A stretch of 64,000 nucleotides of DNA from contig JAEUKT010000002.1 of NCBI GenBank assembly GCA_016794125.1, forward strand, positions 335,240 through 399,239. Direction: 5' to 3'. The notes under the pieces were generated by a model, which had not been told where the DNA came from, searched no databases, and worked only from the letters and a program-made list of their open reading frames with translations. A program made the translations under genes and the position numbers. Positions within the stretch are counted from its first letter, which is position 1. Every line of letters starts with the position of its first letter. Of the stretch, positions 50,749-61,127 are shown piece by piece. This DNA comes from Alphaproteobacteria bacterium (GTDB taxonomy: Bacteria > Pseudomonadota > Alphaproteobacteria > Micavibrionales > UBA2020).

Positions 50749-51434
50749 TCCCTTCTGCGCAAAGGATAGCGCTCGGCTGCCTGCTGGCCGCCTGCATCAT
50801 CGGCGCGGCGACGCGGGCAACCGCCTGCGATGCACCGCCGCCCCTGCAAGGGGTCGAAATGGCGTTCACCAACAAGCCGCCCGAGCTGACCAACGACAAG
50901 CCCAGCGCGGAGCTGGCAAAATACCAGGTCAGCACCACCTTCGCCAAAAGCCACAACGAAGTCTTCACGCTGGGCGGGCTGCACCTGTCCGAGCTGGCGC
51001 CGCAATATATCGTCAGCTTCGAGCTGGCGGAGCCCAAGCGCGGGCAGTTTTGCGTCGCGGCAGTCGCCGTGCGCGTCAGCATCGAATACGCGCCGCGTGT
51101 GATGATCGCCAGCGAATGGCAGCCGGGCACCTGCCGGTACAAAACGATCCTCGACCACGAAATGCGTCATGTGAACACCGATATCATCGCCTTCAACGAA
51201 TTCCTGCCCAAGATACGCATCGCGCTGGAGGAAACGGCGCGCAAATTGCCGCAAATAGGCCCGATGCCGTATAGCAGCGTCGAAAAGGCCAAGGGCATAC
51301 TGGTCGATGCCGTGCGCGAAAAACTGGCGGCGGAGATCGACGAGTTCCAGAAAATCCGGTTCGCCCGCCAGCAGATGATCGACACGCGCCAGCAATACCT
51401 GATGGAAAGCCGCATCTGCGCGGGGGAGAAATAG
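50745..51434 (+). CDS. Secreted HExxH protein (DUF922-like putative Zn-peptidase)
   Basis: Signal-like N-terminus (LGCLLAACIIGAATRATAC), CRYKTILDHEMRHVNTDI. ATGA overlap with the COQ9-like gene. Confidence 0.6.
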   Translation: MIPSAQRIALGCLLAACIIGAATRATACDAPPPLQGVEMAFTNKPPELTNDKPSAELAKYQVSTTFAKSHNEVFTLGGLHLSELAPQYIVSFELAEPKRGQFCVAAVAVRVSIEYAPRVMIASEWQPGTCRYKTILDHEMRHVNTDIIAFNEFLPKIRIALEETARKLPQIGPMPYSSVEKAKGILVDAVREKLAAEIDEFQKIRFARQQMIDTRQQYLMESRICAGEK

Positions 51435-51437
51435 GCG

Positions 51438-52091
51438 ATGCCGTCATCGGCCCTTTCCGCGGGATTGCCGGCGGTCGCCTATGTCATGACGGCGCTTGGC
51501 CTGTGCAAACCGGAACAGCCGCCGAAGATAGATTTCGTCCTGAGCGTCGAAAAGCCGGAATGGCGCTACAACAAAACCTCGGCCGAGATGAAGCGCGAAC
51601 TGCCCCCGATGTCGAAACAGTTTCCCGTCGTGCGCGGCTATACCCATTCCGTCACGCGCGATAAATACAACATCAGCTTCGTGCACAAGAAAAACCGCAC
51701 GACGGGGCTACAATGCGTCTGGCCGGAAAAGGTCACGGTAACGGTTTCATACACCGCCAAGGTCTATATCGCCAAAAACTACCCGCGCGGCGGCTGCCGC
51801 GACATCGAGACGCGCAAGCATGAACTGCGGCATGTGAACACCGACATCACGCTTCTGGAAGAGGGCGTGCCAAGAATGCGCGCGGCAATTGAGAAAATCA
51901 TGAAACAGCCCGCAAAATCCGGCCCCGTAGACGATGCAGGCGCAGGCGCGATACGCCAAAGCCTGCTGAAGCGCATCAAGGATGCCATGACAGCCGAACT
52001 GAAACGGATCGAAAAGCAGCGCACGAAGAAGCATGCGGCGATCGATTCCGCGGCCGAATATACGCGCCTGGGCCGCGTCTGCGGCCATTAA
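51438..52091 (+). CDS. Lipoprotein-like HExxH protein (DUF922-like), tandem paralog
   Basis: Lipobox-like ALGLC, CRDIETRKHELRHVNTDI. Shares the C...HE(M/L)RHVNTDI core and a C-terminal Cys with the upstream gene. Confidence 0.6.
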   Translation: MPSSALSAGLPAVAYVMTALGLCKPEQPPKIDFVLSVEKPEWRYNKTSAEMKRELPPMSKQFPVVRGYTHSVTRDKYNISFVHKKNRTTGLQCVWPEKVTVTVSYTAKVYIAKNYPRGGCRDIETRKHELRHVNTDITLLEEGVPRMRAAIEKIMKQPAKSGPVDDAGAGAIRQSLLKRIKDAMTAELKRIEKQRTKKHAAIDSAAEYTRLGRVCGH

Positions 52092-52801
52092 TCCCGCCCC
52101 TTGGCCCTCAACTGCGCGCGCGCCTTGCCGATCGCGTCGCGCACCTGCACCTTCCAATAGGCGCGCGGCGCACCTTCGCCCAGCAGTGCTTCCCATTCGG
52201 AAATGGCGGTTGCAGGATCGCCGTGCTGCGCCTTGGCAAGCGCAAGGTAATAACGCGCAATCGGGCTTTCGGGATATAGCGTCAGGACATATTCAAATGT
52301 GCCGACCGCATCCTCGCCGACCGTGCCGTTTGATGCCAGCACCTGCACCTCGCCCAACGACACGGCATAGACGCGCAGCAGCGGATTATCGGTCTTTTGC
52401 GCCTGCACGACAGCGCGTTTATAGAACTGCACCGACTGCCTGAAATCGCCGGTGCGGAAGTTGATGGTGGCCAGCTGCAGCAGCGCACCAAGATCGTCGG
52501 GGTTCTGCTCGACCAATATCTGGTAGGGGCGCGCCTTCATCAGCGCTTCCTGCCGCAAGTAGGTTTCTTCGATATTCGAAAAAATCGCAGGCGATGACGG
52601 CAGGTCCGGACGGCCGAGCGGCAGATAGACCGCCAGCGCGCCCAGAGGCAGGATAACCGCCAGCACCGTCGAAAGCTGTTTGTCGATGCCCGCAGGCGCA
52701 CCCGCATGACGGAAGCGGCCGCGATTGGCCAGCGTCATCATGATCTTGATCACGACACCCGCCGTCAGCGCGGAGGCGATGATATAAAAACCCCACATCA
52801 T
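52088..52801 (-). CDS. ccmI: Cytochrome c-type biogenesis protein CcmI (CycH)
   Basis: Two N-terminal TM helices followed by TPR-like repeats. Last gene of the ccm operon, with a 4-nt overlap with ccmH. Confidence 0.8.
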   Translation of the reverse strand: MMWGFYIIASALTAGVVIKIMMTLANRGRFRHAGAPAGIDKQLSTVLAVILPLGALAVYLPLGRPDLPSSPAIFSNIEETYLRQEALMKARPYQILVEQNPDDLGALLQLATINFRTGDFRQSVQFYKRAVVQAQKTDNPLLRVYAVSLGEVQVLASNGTVGEDAVGTFEYVLTLYPESPIARYYLALAKAQHGDPATAISEWEALLGEGAPRAYWKVQVRDAIGKARAQLRAKGRD

Positions 52802-53193
52802 TCACCGCCTTTGGGCAGGCGTTTCAGGTAACGCAGGCCGATAGCGAGCCCCGCCAGCAGCACCAAAAGCGGCGCTCCCCACAAAAGCCAGGTCGCGGGC
52901 TTCACCGGCGGTTTCATCAGCACGTAATCGCCATAGCGCTCCTGCACGAAGGCCAGCACCGCCGCGTCGCTGTCGCCGGCGGTCAGGCGCTCGCGCACCA
53001 GCCGGCGGATATCACCCGCCAGTCCCGCATTCGATTCGTCGATATCCTCCCCCTGGCAAACAAGGCAACGCAGCTGTTTTGAAATTTCGCGCGCGCGCGT
53101 TTCCATCACGGGGTCTTTCAGCATTTCGTCCGGCTGCACCGCGAAAGCGGGGCAGGAAAACAGCAGCAGAAAAATGACCGCCCATGCCTTCAT
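52798..53193 (-). CDS. ccmH: Cytochrome c-type biogenesis protein CcmH (CycL)
   Basis: Signal peptide, LRCLVCQGEDI (CxxC) motif, C-terminal TM helix. Start ATG at 53193. Confidence 0.9.
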   Translation of the reverse strand: MKAWAVIFLLLFSCPAFAVQPDEMLKDPVMETRAREISKQLRCLVCQGEDIDESNAGLAGDIRRLVRERLTAGDSDAAVLAFVQERYGDYVLMKPPVKPATWLLWGAPLLVLLAGLAIGLRYLKRLPKGGE

Positions 53194-53723
53194 TTCGTTT
53201 TCTCCAGCAAGGGGCCGAAAACCCTGTCCATATCCGCCTGCGTCAGCGCGCCGACATGTTTGTAGCGGATGATACCGTCGCCGCCGATCAGGAATGTTTC
53301 CGGCACGCCATACACGCCGAAATCGATCGCGACGCGGCCTTCGGCGTCGAATCCCGTGGCACGGAACGGATTGCCGTGGCGTTCCAGCCATGCTGCGACG
53401 TCTTTTTTCGTGTCCTTGTAATCAATACCATAGACGGCGACGCCGGTTTTTTGCGCGAATGCCGACAGCACCTGTTGTTCGCCCCTGCACGTCGCACACC
53501 ATGACGCGAAGAAATTGACAAGGAAGGGCTTGTTGTCCTGCACCATATCCGATGCCGATAGCTGCCCGACGCCAACCGCAACAGGCAGCGTAAATGCCGG
53601 CATTTTCTTGCCGATCATGGCGGAGGGCAGGATGGCGGGATCCTTGCCCTGCAAAAGCGGCACGGCGAACAGCCCGATCATGCAGATAAAAATACCGAAA
53701 GGGATAAACGTGCGCAGCTTCAT
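53190..53723 (-). CDS. ccmG: Thiol:disulfide interchange protein CcmG/DsbE
   Basis: N-terminal anchor, thioredoxin WCATC motif, GVYGVPETF. Start ATG at 53723. Confidence 0.9.
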   Translation of the reverse strand: MKLRTFIPFGIFICMIGLFAVPLLQGKDPAILPSAMIGKKMPAFTLPVAVGVGQLSASDMVQDNKPFLVNFFASWCATCRGEQQVLSAFAQKTGVAVYGIDYKDTKKDVAAWLERHGNPFRATGFDAEGRVAIDFGVYGVPETFLIGGDGIIRYKHVGALTQADMDRVFGPLLEKTK

Positions 53724-55648
53724 GATTTCACCTTGCGCACGGCCGGCGATGCAAGCGCCATCAAACCGCCCGTTGCGATCATCAGCGCGCCCAGCAGCAC
53801 CCACAGCACCAGCGGATGGTGGTAAAGCCGGATCACGCGGCGGAACGGGTTCTGTTTATCCTGATCGCCCATGACGGCGTAATCGATCGCGAAGCCGTCG
53901 GCGCGCAGCGCGGTTTCGCTCAGCTCGCGCTCCTGCGCGGGATACCAGCGTTTTTCGGGCAGCAGGAAAACCGGCGCTTCGTCGCCCGCGCCCTGCAGCG
54001 ACAGTATCGCGCGCTCGACGGTGAAATTCTTGCCGACATCGGGGCGGATGCCGATGAAAGTGACCGTCTTGCCCGCGAATGTCACGGTATCGTTGGTCGT
54101 CATCCAGAGGATTTTTTCTTCTTTCCAGACGGTCGCCGCCGTCACGCCCATCAGCAGCACAGCGATGCCCGCATGCGCCACGATCATGCCGTAATAGGCG
54201 GGCGGCATGCTGCGTACCGCCGTGAACCTGTGCGTTTTGCGCACAAGATCGGCCAGCGTCGTGAACAATATCCAGCCCGCGCAGGCGAACATGGTGACGG
54301 TGAAAAACCGGTCCGGCCACGGCATAAAGGCGACCCACGCCGCCAGCGCGAAAGTGAGCGCAAGCGGCAGGTACAGCTTCGCGCGCAGCGACGCAAGCGA
54401 CGATTCACGCCATGCCAGCAAGGGCCCGATGCCCATCAGTATCGCAAAGGGCACCAGCAGCGGCGTCAGCGTCGCGGTGAAATAAGGCGCGCCCACCGAA
54501 ATGCTGCCAAGATCGAGCGCGGAGAGGAAAATGGGATAGAGCGTGCCCATGAACACCGTTGCGCAAAAAGTGAACAGGAAAATATTATTCAGCAAGATGC
54601 CCGTTTCCCGGCTGACAGGTTTGAACCCTGTGCCGATCGCGATATGCGGCGCGCGCAGCCCGTAAAGCAGCAGCGCCCCGCCCGTCGTGAGCCCTAGCAG
54701 CGCAAGGATGAAAATCCCCCGCGTCGGGTCAGCCGCAAATGAATGCACCGAGGTCAGAACGCCGGAGCGCACGAGGAACGTGCCCAGCAGCGACAATGTG
54801 AAGGCAAGAATGCACAGGAACACCGTCCATATCTTCAGGCTGCCGCGTTTTTCAAGGGCGGCGACGGAATGCAGCAGCGCCGTGCCCGCCAGCCACGGCA
54901 TCAGCGACGCGTTTTCGACCGGGTCCCAGAACCAGAAGCCGCCCCAGCCCAGTTCGTAATAGGCCCAAGTCGCGCCCAGCATGATGCCCAGCGTCATAAA
55001 CACCCATGCCGCCAGCACCCAGGGGCGCAGCTGCGATGCCCATTCTGCATCGACCTTTTTCTCGACCAGCGCCGCGATCGCAAAACAGAACGCGACCGAA
55101 AAACCGACATAGCCCGCATACAGAACCGGCGGGTGTATCGCCAGCAGCGGGTCCTGCAGCACGGGGTTCAGGTCCATCCCTTCGCGCGGCGACGGGTCGA
55201 GGCGCAGGAAAGGGTTGGAGGCGACAAGGATATAAAGGAGAAAACCCGCGGTGACGAGCCCCAGCACCGACAGCACGCCTGCCTGCAGCGCAGGCGGCAG
55301 TTTCAGCCCGCGCGTGACAAGGAAGAACCCCCAGACCGACAGCATCCAGCCCCAGAGCAGCATCGAGCCTTCGTGGTTGCCCCAGGCACCGCTGATTTTA
55401 TAGATCCACGGTTTCAGCGTATGGCTGTTCTGCTGCACGTTCAGCACCGAAAAATCCGACAGGGCATAGGCGTGAATAAGGCCGAACAGCGCAATCGTCA
55501 TGAGACCGCAGAGCGACACCGCCATCGGGCGCGCCAGCGCCATCCATGACAGCCGCCCCGCATGCGCGCCCCACATCGGCACCGCCGCCAGCACAAGCGA
55601 CAGCGCGAAGGCCAGCGACAGCGCATAATGGGCGAGTTCGATGATCAC
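53720..55648 (-). CDS. ccmF: Cytochrome c-type biogenesis heme lyase subunit CcmF
   Basis: 642-aa polytopic protein with the Trp-rich WGGFWFWDPVENASLMPW motif. Confidence 0.95.
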   Translation of the reverse strand: MIIELAHYALSLAFALSLVLAAVPMWGAHAGRLSWMALARPMAVSLCGLMTIALFGLIHAYALSDFSVLNVQQNSHTLKPWIYKISGAWGNHEGSMLLWGWMLSVWGFFLVTRGLKLPPALQAGVLSVLGLVTAGFLLYILVASNPFLRLDPSPREGMDLNPVLQDPLLAIHPPVLYAGYVGFSVAFCFAIAALVEKKVDAEWASQLRPWVLAAWVFMTLGIMLGATWAYYELGWGGFWFWDPVENASLMPWLAGTALLHSVAALEKRGSLKIWTVFLCILAFTLSLLGTFLVRSGVLTSVHSFAADPTRGIFILALLGLTTGGALLLYGLRAPHIAIGTGFKPVSRETGILLNNIFLFTFCATVFMGTLYPIFLSALDLGSISVGAPYFTATLTPLLVPFAILMGIGPLLAWRESSLASLRAKLYLPLALTFALAAWVAFMPWPDRFFTVTMFACAGWILFTTLADLVRKTHRFTAVRSMPPAYYGMIVAHAGIAVLLMGVTAATVWKEEKILWMTTNDTVTFAGKTVTFIGIRPDVGKNFTVERAILSLQGAGDEAPVFLLPEKRWYPAQERELSETALRADGFAIDYAVMGDQDKQNPFRRVIRLYHHPLVLWVLLGALMIATGGLMALASPAVRKVKS

Positions 55649-56133
55649 TCGGGCTTGCCCGCTTTTTTATTATCCGGATCGCCCGTTTTTTCGCTGTGAA
55701 GTTTTTTCATTTCCTTGGCCAGTTCCGGCGGCGTGTATTTTTCGTCATGCTTGGCCAGCAGCACGGTTGCCACGAATACGTCGTTTTGCAGGCTGCCGGT
55801 TGCGACCACGCCCTGCCCTTCGCGGAACAGGTCGGGCGCGATGCCCTTGTATTCCACCTTCTGGTCGCGCAGGTCGTCGGTTACGGTGAACTTGATCAGC
55901 AGGTCGTGCGATGTTTTTTCAAGGCTGCCCGGTTTCACAAGCCCGCCCAGCCGGAACACCTTGCCGTCCTTCACGCGCGCGTCGTCCATGCTGCGCAGTT
56001 CATGCAGCTGCTGCGGCGTGAAGAAATACGACACGTTTTTGCGCAGCGCGAACAGCGCGATCGCCGTCGCAAGCCCCAGCGCGCAGAGGATCAGGAGCGT
56101 GAATTGCAGGCGTTCTTTTTTATTCATTGCCAT
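55645..56133 (-). CDS. ccmE: Heme chaperone CcmE
   Basis: N-terminal anchor, OB-fold region, heme-binding LAKHDEKY motif. Confidence 0.95.
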   Translation of the reverse strand: MAMNKKERLQFTLLILCALGLATAIALFALRKNVSYFFTPQQLHELRSMDDARVKDGKVFRLGGLVKPGSLEKTSHDLLIKFTVTDDLRDQKVEYKGIAPDLFREGQGVVATGSLQNDVFVATVLLAKHDEKYTPPELAKEMKKLHSEKTGDPDNKKAGKPE

Positions 56134-56242
56134 CTTTTTTTACCCTCGACCATGCGCGCAGCGAAACAATGACCAGCCCCGCCAGCACGATGCCGGTGAT
56201 GCCATAGGCCGCCATGATGAAATTTGCGTATTCCCCGCTCAT
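56120..56242 (-). CDS. ccmD: Heme exporter protein CcmD
   Basis: 40-aa single-TM peptide (MSGEYANFIMAAYGITGIVLAGLVIVSL) between ccmC and ccmE. Start ATG at 56242 overlaps the ccmC stop. Confidence 0.7.
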   Translation of the reverse strand: MSGEYANFIMAAYGITGIVLAGLVIVSLRAWSRVKKDGNE

Positions 56243-56985
56243 GCCGCGCCCCTTAAGGTAGCCGTGCGCGCCTTGCGCGCGAACACTTCGGTGCGCAGCC
56301 GGAAAAATGCCAGCGCGATGAACAGGCAATGGAACGCCCCCGCCATCAGCGCCAGCGGCAGCAGCATCGATTTATCGACCGTCGCGCCGTCCATGCGGAT
56401 GATGCTGGCCGGCTGGTGCAGCGTGTTCCACCAATCGACGGAAAACTTGATGATCGGAATATTGATCACGCCCGCCAGCAGCAAGCCGGCGCCCGCGTTG
56501 ATGCCGCGTTGTTCGTCGTCAAACGCGTCGACCAGCACCATGTAGCCGACATACAGGAAAAACAGCACCAGCACGGAAGTCAGCCGCGCATCCCAGACCC
56601 ACCAGGCGCCCCACATCGGCTTGCCCCACAGCGATCCGGTGACAAGGCAGATGAACGTAAAGCAGGCACCCACGGGCGCGACCGCCTTGGCGTATAATTC
56701 CGCCAGCACATGCCGCCAGATAAGCCCCACAAATGCCGCGGCCGCCATAGTGACATAGGTGAACAGCGCCATCCATGCGGCGGGCACATGGATATACATG
56801 ATGCGCACGGTTTCGCCCTGCTGGTAATCAGGCGGTGAATCGAAAAACGCCACATATAATCCTGCGGCGAAAAAGCCCAGCGTGGCCAGCCATGCGACAG
56901 GCAGCACATATTTCGCCAGCGCCAGAAACCGGCCCGGATTGGCGAAACGCCCGATAATGCTGCCGCTGGTGGACAAAGCCGTCAT
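56239..56985 (-). CDS. ccmC: Heme exporter protein CcmC
   Basis: WGKPMWGAWWVWDARL Trp-rich motif. 248 aa from MTALSTSG. The 165-codon upstream extension of the ORF overlaps ccmB and was rejected. Confidence 0.93.
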   Translation of the reverse strand: MTALSTSGSIIGRFANPGRFLALAKYVLPVAWLATLGFFAAGLYVAFFDSPPDYQQGETVRIMYIHVPAAWMALFTYVTMAAAAFVGLIWRHVLAELYAKAVAPVGACFTFICLVTGSLWGKPMWGAWWVWDARLTSVLVLFFLYVGYMVLVDAFDDEQRGINAGAGLLLAGVINIPIIKFSVDWWNTLHQPASIIRMDGATVDKSMLLPLALMAGAFHCLFIALAFFRLRTEVFARKARTATLRGAA

Positions 56986-57650
56986 GACCTCAAATGCAGT
57001 TTCAAAAACGCCGATGCCACGGCGGGCGCCAGGGGCAGTATCGCCACCACCAGCGCCGTTTGCAGCAAAAGATAGGCCGATACCGGCGCATCCGCAAGGC
57101 TGGCTTCGGCCGCCATAACCCCCAGAATTAACATGGGAATCAGGAGCGGCAGCACCAGCACCGCCAGCAAAAGCCCCGACCTGCGGCTGCCCAGCGTCAG
57201 CGCCGAACCCGCAATCCCCAGCCAGCTCATATATATAGTGCCAAGCGCAAGCGAGGCGCAGAGCAGGCCGGCTTTTTCCAGCGGCACGCCCAGCATGACA
57301 GAAACCGGAAACGCCGCCATGACTAAAGGCAAGCCGGACAACAACCAATGCGATATCATTTTGGCAAGCGCGGCCTGCCACGGCGGGGCAGGCGACATCA
57401 TGAATAAATCCAGCGTGCCGTCTTCGGCATCGCGGGTGAACACGGTATCCAGCGACAGCAGCCCCGCCAGCAGCCCGCAAACCCAGATGATGGCCGCCGC
57501 CGATTTTTGCAGCGCCGCAGGATCCTGCGCCAGCGCGAAGGGGAACAGACTGGCGACAATCACGAAGAAAAACAGGGTCGCGACGAATTCCGACCCGCGC
57601 GCGGCGAACAGGCGCAAATCACGCGTCACGATGGCGCAAATCACCCTCAT
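56982..57650 (-). CDS. ccmB: Heme exporter protein CcmB
   Basis: 222-aa six-TM protein between ccmA and ccmC, with 4-nt overlaps on both sides. Confidence 0.9.
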   Translation of the reverse strand: MRVICAIVTRDLRLFAARGSEFVATLFFFVIVASLFPFALAQDPAALQKSAAAIIWVCGLLAGLLSLDTVFTRDAEDGTLDLFMMSPAPPWQAALAKMISHWLLSGLPLVMAAFPVSVMLGVPLEKAGLLCASLALGTIYMSWLGIAGSALTLGSRRSGLLLAVLVLPLLIPMLILGVMAAEASLADAPVSAYLLLQTALVVAILPLAPAVASAFLKLHLRS

Positions 57651-58357
57651 GCCGCACCTGCCGTGTCGGGCGGCGGCGCGCCCAAGGTAATCCGGCGCAG
57701 CGTGCCTGTGTTTGGCGGATCGATCGGCAGATGGCTGGCAATCACGGCCATGCCGCCTTTTGCCACATGATGTTCCAGCGCGACGCGGAACAAGGCCATG
57801 GATTCGGCATCGAGGCCGTTGAGCGGCTCATCGAACAGCCACAGCCTCGCGCCCTTCATCAGCACGCGCGCAAGGCCAAGGCGGCGTTTCTGCCCCGCCG
57901 AAAAATACCGCACAGGACGGTCGCGGATTTCCTGCAGCCCCATCGCGCGCAGCGCCGCATCGGCAATATCGCCGCCCACGCCCCAGAGCCGCGCCCAGAA
58001 GGAGATATTTTCATATGCCGTTTCCAGAAGTTTCAGGTATGTGTCATTCGCGGGCAAAAAAGCGTAGCGCGCCGCATGCGTTGCCGCGCCATTTTCCAAA
58101 AAATCTTTGTCTTGCCATAAAATTTTTCCGTCACACGGCAGCGCCCCCGCCATCGCGCGCAGCAGGCTGGTTTTGCCCGCACCGTTCGGCCCCGCCAGAT
58201 GCACCACATCCCCCTCGCCCATTTCCAAAAACAAATTCTGGAATAGTAGCCGCCCGCCGCGGGCGCAGCTGACGGCATCGAGTGTGAAAAGGACGTTTGA
58301 AGCGGTCACGTATTGGCCTATTATCTTGTGGACGTTTGGACTATAAACCAAGCGCAT
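57647..58357 (-). CDS. ccmA: Heme exporter ATP-binding protein CcmA
   Basis: Walker A GPNGAGKTS, signature FSAGQKRR, Walker B LWLFDEP. Start uncertain: ATG at 58357 or GTG at 58309. The rest of ORF 57647..58951 is antisense to acnA and was rejected. Confidence 0.85.
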   Translation of the reverse strand: MRLVYSPNVHKIIGQYVTASNVLFTLDAVSCARGGRLLFQNLFLEMGEGDVVHLAGPNGAGKTSLLRAMAGALPCDGKILWQDKDFLENGAATHAARYAFLPANDTYLKLLETAYENISFWARLWGVGGDIADAALRAMGLQEIRDRPVRYFSAGQKRRLGLARVLMKGARLWLFDEPLNGLDAESMALFRVALEHHVAKGGMAVIASHLPIDPPNTGTLRRITLGAPPPDTAGAA

Positions 58358-58402
58358 GTTCAAGACAAACGTAACTGACTGAAAAAAATAGGGAGTTCCG
58401 CC

Positions 58403-61099
58403 GTGACGGTAACTGGACACGATACGCTGAAAACAAGAAAAACACTCACCGTGGACGGCAAGAATTACGATTATTTCAGCCTCAGCGATGCCGCGAAAAC
58501 AATCGGCGATATTTCGCGCCTGCCCTATTCCATGAAAGTGCTGCTGGAAAACCTGCTGCGTTTCGAAGACGGCCAGAGCGTGACCGTCGATGATGTGAAG
58601 GCAATGGGCGAATGGCTGAAAGATAAAAAGAGCAACCGCGAGATCGCCTATCGCCCCGCGCGCGTTCTGATGCAGGACTTCACCGGCGTTCCCGCCGTGG
58701 TCGATCTGGCCGCGATGCGCGACGCGATGGTGGCGCTGGGCGGTAACCCGCAGAAAATCAATCCGCTCGCCAACGTCGATCTGGTGATCGACCACTCGGT
58801 GATGGTCGATAATTTCGGCACGAAAGACGCCTTTGGCGAAAACGTGAAGGTGGAGTTCGAGCGCAACCTGGAGCGTTATGTGTTCCTGCGCTGGGGTTCC
58901 AAGGCATTCAACCGTTTCCGCGTCGTGCCGCCCGGCACCGGCATCTGCCATCAGGTGAATTTGGAATACCTGTCACAGACCATCTGGGTCGAAGACGACG
59001 AAAATATCAAAGGCACAACGGTCGCCTATCCCGACACGCTGGTCGGCACCGACAGCCATACGACCATGGTCAACGGCCTTGCAGTTCTGGGCTGGGGCGT
59101 GGGCGGCATCGAGGCCGAAGCCGCGATGCTGGGCCAGCCCGTGTCCATGCTGATCCCCGAAGTGATCGGCATGAAGCTGACCGGCCAGATGAAGGAAGGC
59201 ACGACCGCAACCGACCTCGTCCTGACCGTCACGCAGATGCTGCGCAAAAAAGGTGTGGTCAACAAATTCGTCGAATTCTACGGCTCCGGCCTTGATCACC
59301 TGTCGCTGGCCGACCGCGCGACGATCGCCAACATGGCGCCCGAATACGGCGCGACCTGCGGTTTCTTCCCGATCGACGGCGAAACCATCAATTACCTGCG
59401 CTTCACTGGCCGCGATGAACACCGCGTGCAACTGGTCGAAGCATACGCAAAAGCACAAGGCATGTGGCGCGAAGCGAATGCCCCCGACCCCGTCTTCACC
59501 GATACGCTGGAACTGGATCTTGCCACCATCGAACCGTCGATGGCCGGCCCGAAACGCCCGCAGGACCGCGTGCCGCTGGTGAATGTCGCCAACGGCTTCA
59601 AGGAAACGCTGGCGAAGGATATCGGCGAAGCAAAAGCCGCCGTCACCGCGCCCGTGAAAGGCCATGATTACAGCCTGAACCACGGCGATGTCGTGATTGC
59701 CGCGATCACCAGCTGCACCAACACCTCCAACCCCTCCGTCATGCTGGCGGCGGGACTGGTGGCGAAAAAGGCGCTGGAAAAAGGCCTGACCGTGAAGCCC
59801 TGGGTGAAAACATCCCTCGCCCCCGGATCACAGGTCGTGACCGATTACCTTGAAAACGCAGGGCTGCAATCGAGCCTTGATTCACTCGGCTTCAATTTGG
59901 TCGGCTATGGCTGCACGACTTGCATCGGTAACTCCGGCCCGCTGCCCGAACATATCGAGGAAGCGATCAAGGCAGGCGACCTGACCGTTGCGGGCGTGCT
60001 TTCGGGTAACCGCAACTTCGAAGGCCGCATCCATGCGTTCGTGAAGGCGAACTATCTTGCCTCCCCGCCCCTCGTCGTCGCTTATGCGCTGGCGGGTTCG
60101 GTCAAGATCGATATCACCAAGGACGCGATTGGCACCGGCAAGGACGGCAAGCCTGTCTATCTGAAGGATATCTGGCCGTCGCAGAAAGAAGTCGCCGATA
60201 CGCTGAAATCCGCGCTGACGCAGGAAATGTTCAAGAAGCGCTACGGCAACGTGTTCCACGGCCCCGCCGAATGGCAGGCCGTGCAGACGGAGGGCGGCGA
60301 GACGTATAAATGGAATTCGTCATCGACCTATGTGCAGAACCCGCCCTATTTCGCAGGCATGACGATGAAACCGGAAGAAGTGAAGGACATCAAAGGCGCG
60401 CGCGCATTGGCCGTGTTCGGCGATTCCATCACGACCGACCATATTTCCCCCGCCGGATCGATCAAGAAAGACAGCCCCGCCGGATCGTACCTGATGAGCT
60501 ATCAGGTGCGCCCGATCGACTTCAACTCCTACGGCGCGCGCCGCGGGAACCACGAAGTCATGATGCGCGGCACTTTCGCGAATATCCGCATCAAAAACGA
60601 GATGCTCGGCGGCAAGGAAGGCGGCCTGACCCGCCATATCCCGTCCAACACCGAAATGCCGATCTATGACGCGGCGATGAAATACATCGCCGAAGGCACG
60701 CCGCTGATCGTGTTCGCCGGTAAGGAATACGGCACAGGATCGTCGCGCGACTGGGCGGCCAAGGGCACGAAACTGCTGGGCATCCGCGCGGTCGTGGCCG
60801 AAAGCTTCGAGCGCATTCACAGATCCAACCTTGTCGGCATGGGCGTGCTGCCCCTGCAGTTCAAGGACGGCATGACGCGCGCGGCGCTGAACCTGACCGG
60901 CGAAGAAACCTTCGACATCGCCGGCATCGCAACCGGCCTGCAGCCGCGCATGGATTTGAAAATCGTCATCCACCGCGCGGGCGGCGCAACCGACGAAATC
61001 ACCGTCTGGTGCCGCATCGACACGCTGGATGAAATCGAATACTTCGCGAATGGCGGCATCCTGCACTACGTGCTGCGTTCGATAGCGAAGGCGGCGTAA
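58403..61099 (+). CDS. acnA: Aconitate hydratase A
   Basis: 898 aa. Fe-S ligand motifs [10 protein letters not shown] and [10 protein letters not shown], plus a swivel domain. GTG start with a GGGAG SD. Confidence 0.97.
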   Translation: MTVTGHDTLKTRKTLTVDGKNYDYFSLSDAAKTIGDISRLPYSMKVLLENLLRFEDGQSVTVDDVKAMGEWLKDKKSNREIAYRPARVLMQDFTGVPAVVDLAAMRDAMVALGGNPQKINPLANVDLVIDHSVMVDNFGTKDAFGENVKVEFERNLERYVFLRWGSKAFNRFRVVPPGTGICHQVNLEYLSQTIWVEDDENIKGTTVAYPDTLVGTDSHTTMVNGLAVLGWGVGGIEAEAAMLGQPVSMLIPEVIGMKLTGQMKEGTTATDLVLTVTQMLRKKGVVNKFVEFYGSGLDHLSLADRATIANMAPEYGATCGFFPIDGETINYLRFTGRDEHRVQLVEAYAKAQGMWREANAPDPVFTDTLELDLATIEPSMAGPKRPQDRVPLVNVANGFKETLAKDIGEAKAAVTAPVKGHDYSLNHGDVVIAAITSCTNTSNPSVMLAAGLVAKKALEKGLTVKPWVKTSLAPGSQVVTDYLENAGLQSSLDSLGFNLVGYGCTTCIGNSGPLPEHIEEAIKAGDLTVAGVLSGNRNFEGRIHAFVKANYLASPPLVVAYALAGSVKIDITKDAIGTGKDGKPVYLKDIWPSQKEVADTLKSALTQEMFKKRYGNVFHGPAEWQAVQTEGGETYKWNSSSTYVQNPPYFAGMTMKPEEVKDIKGARALAVFGDSITTDHISPAGSIKKDSPAGSYLMSYQVRPIDFNSYGARRGNHEVMMRGTFANIRIKNEMLGGKEGGLTRHIPSNTEMPIYDAAMKYIAEGTPLIVFAGKEYGTGSSRDWAAKGTKLLGIRAVVAESFERIHRSNLVGMGVLPLQFKDGMTRAALNLTGEETFDIAGIATGLQPRMDLKIVIHRAGGATDEITVWCRIDTLDEIEYFANGGILHYVLRSIAKAA

Positions 61100-61127
61100 C
61101 GGGTTATTTTAAAAGAAAGGGATTCTG

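Noticed and set aside
58358-58951. N-terminal 198 codons of the 434-aa ORF containing ccmA
   Set aside because: This part is antisense to the acnA coding region and has no ABC-transporter similarity. CcmA similarity begins just before the Walker A motif, so the gene was trimmed to 57647..58357.
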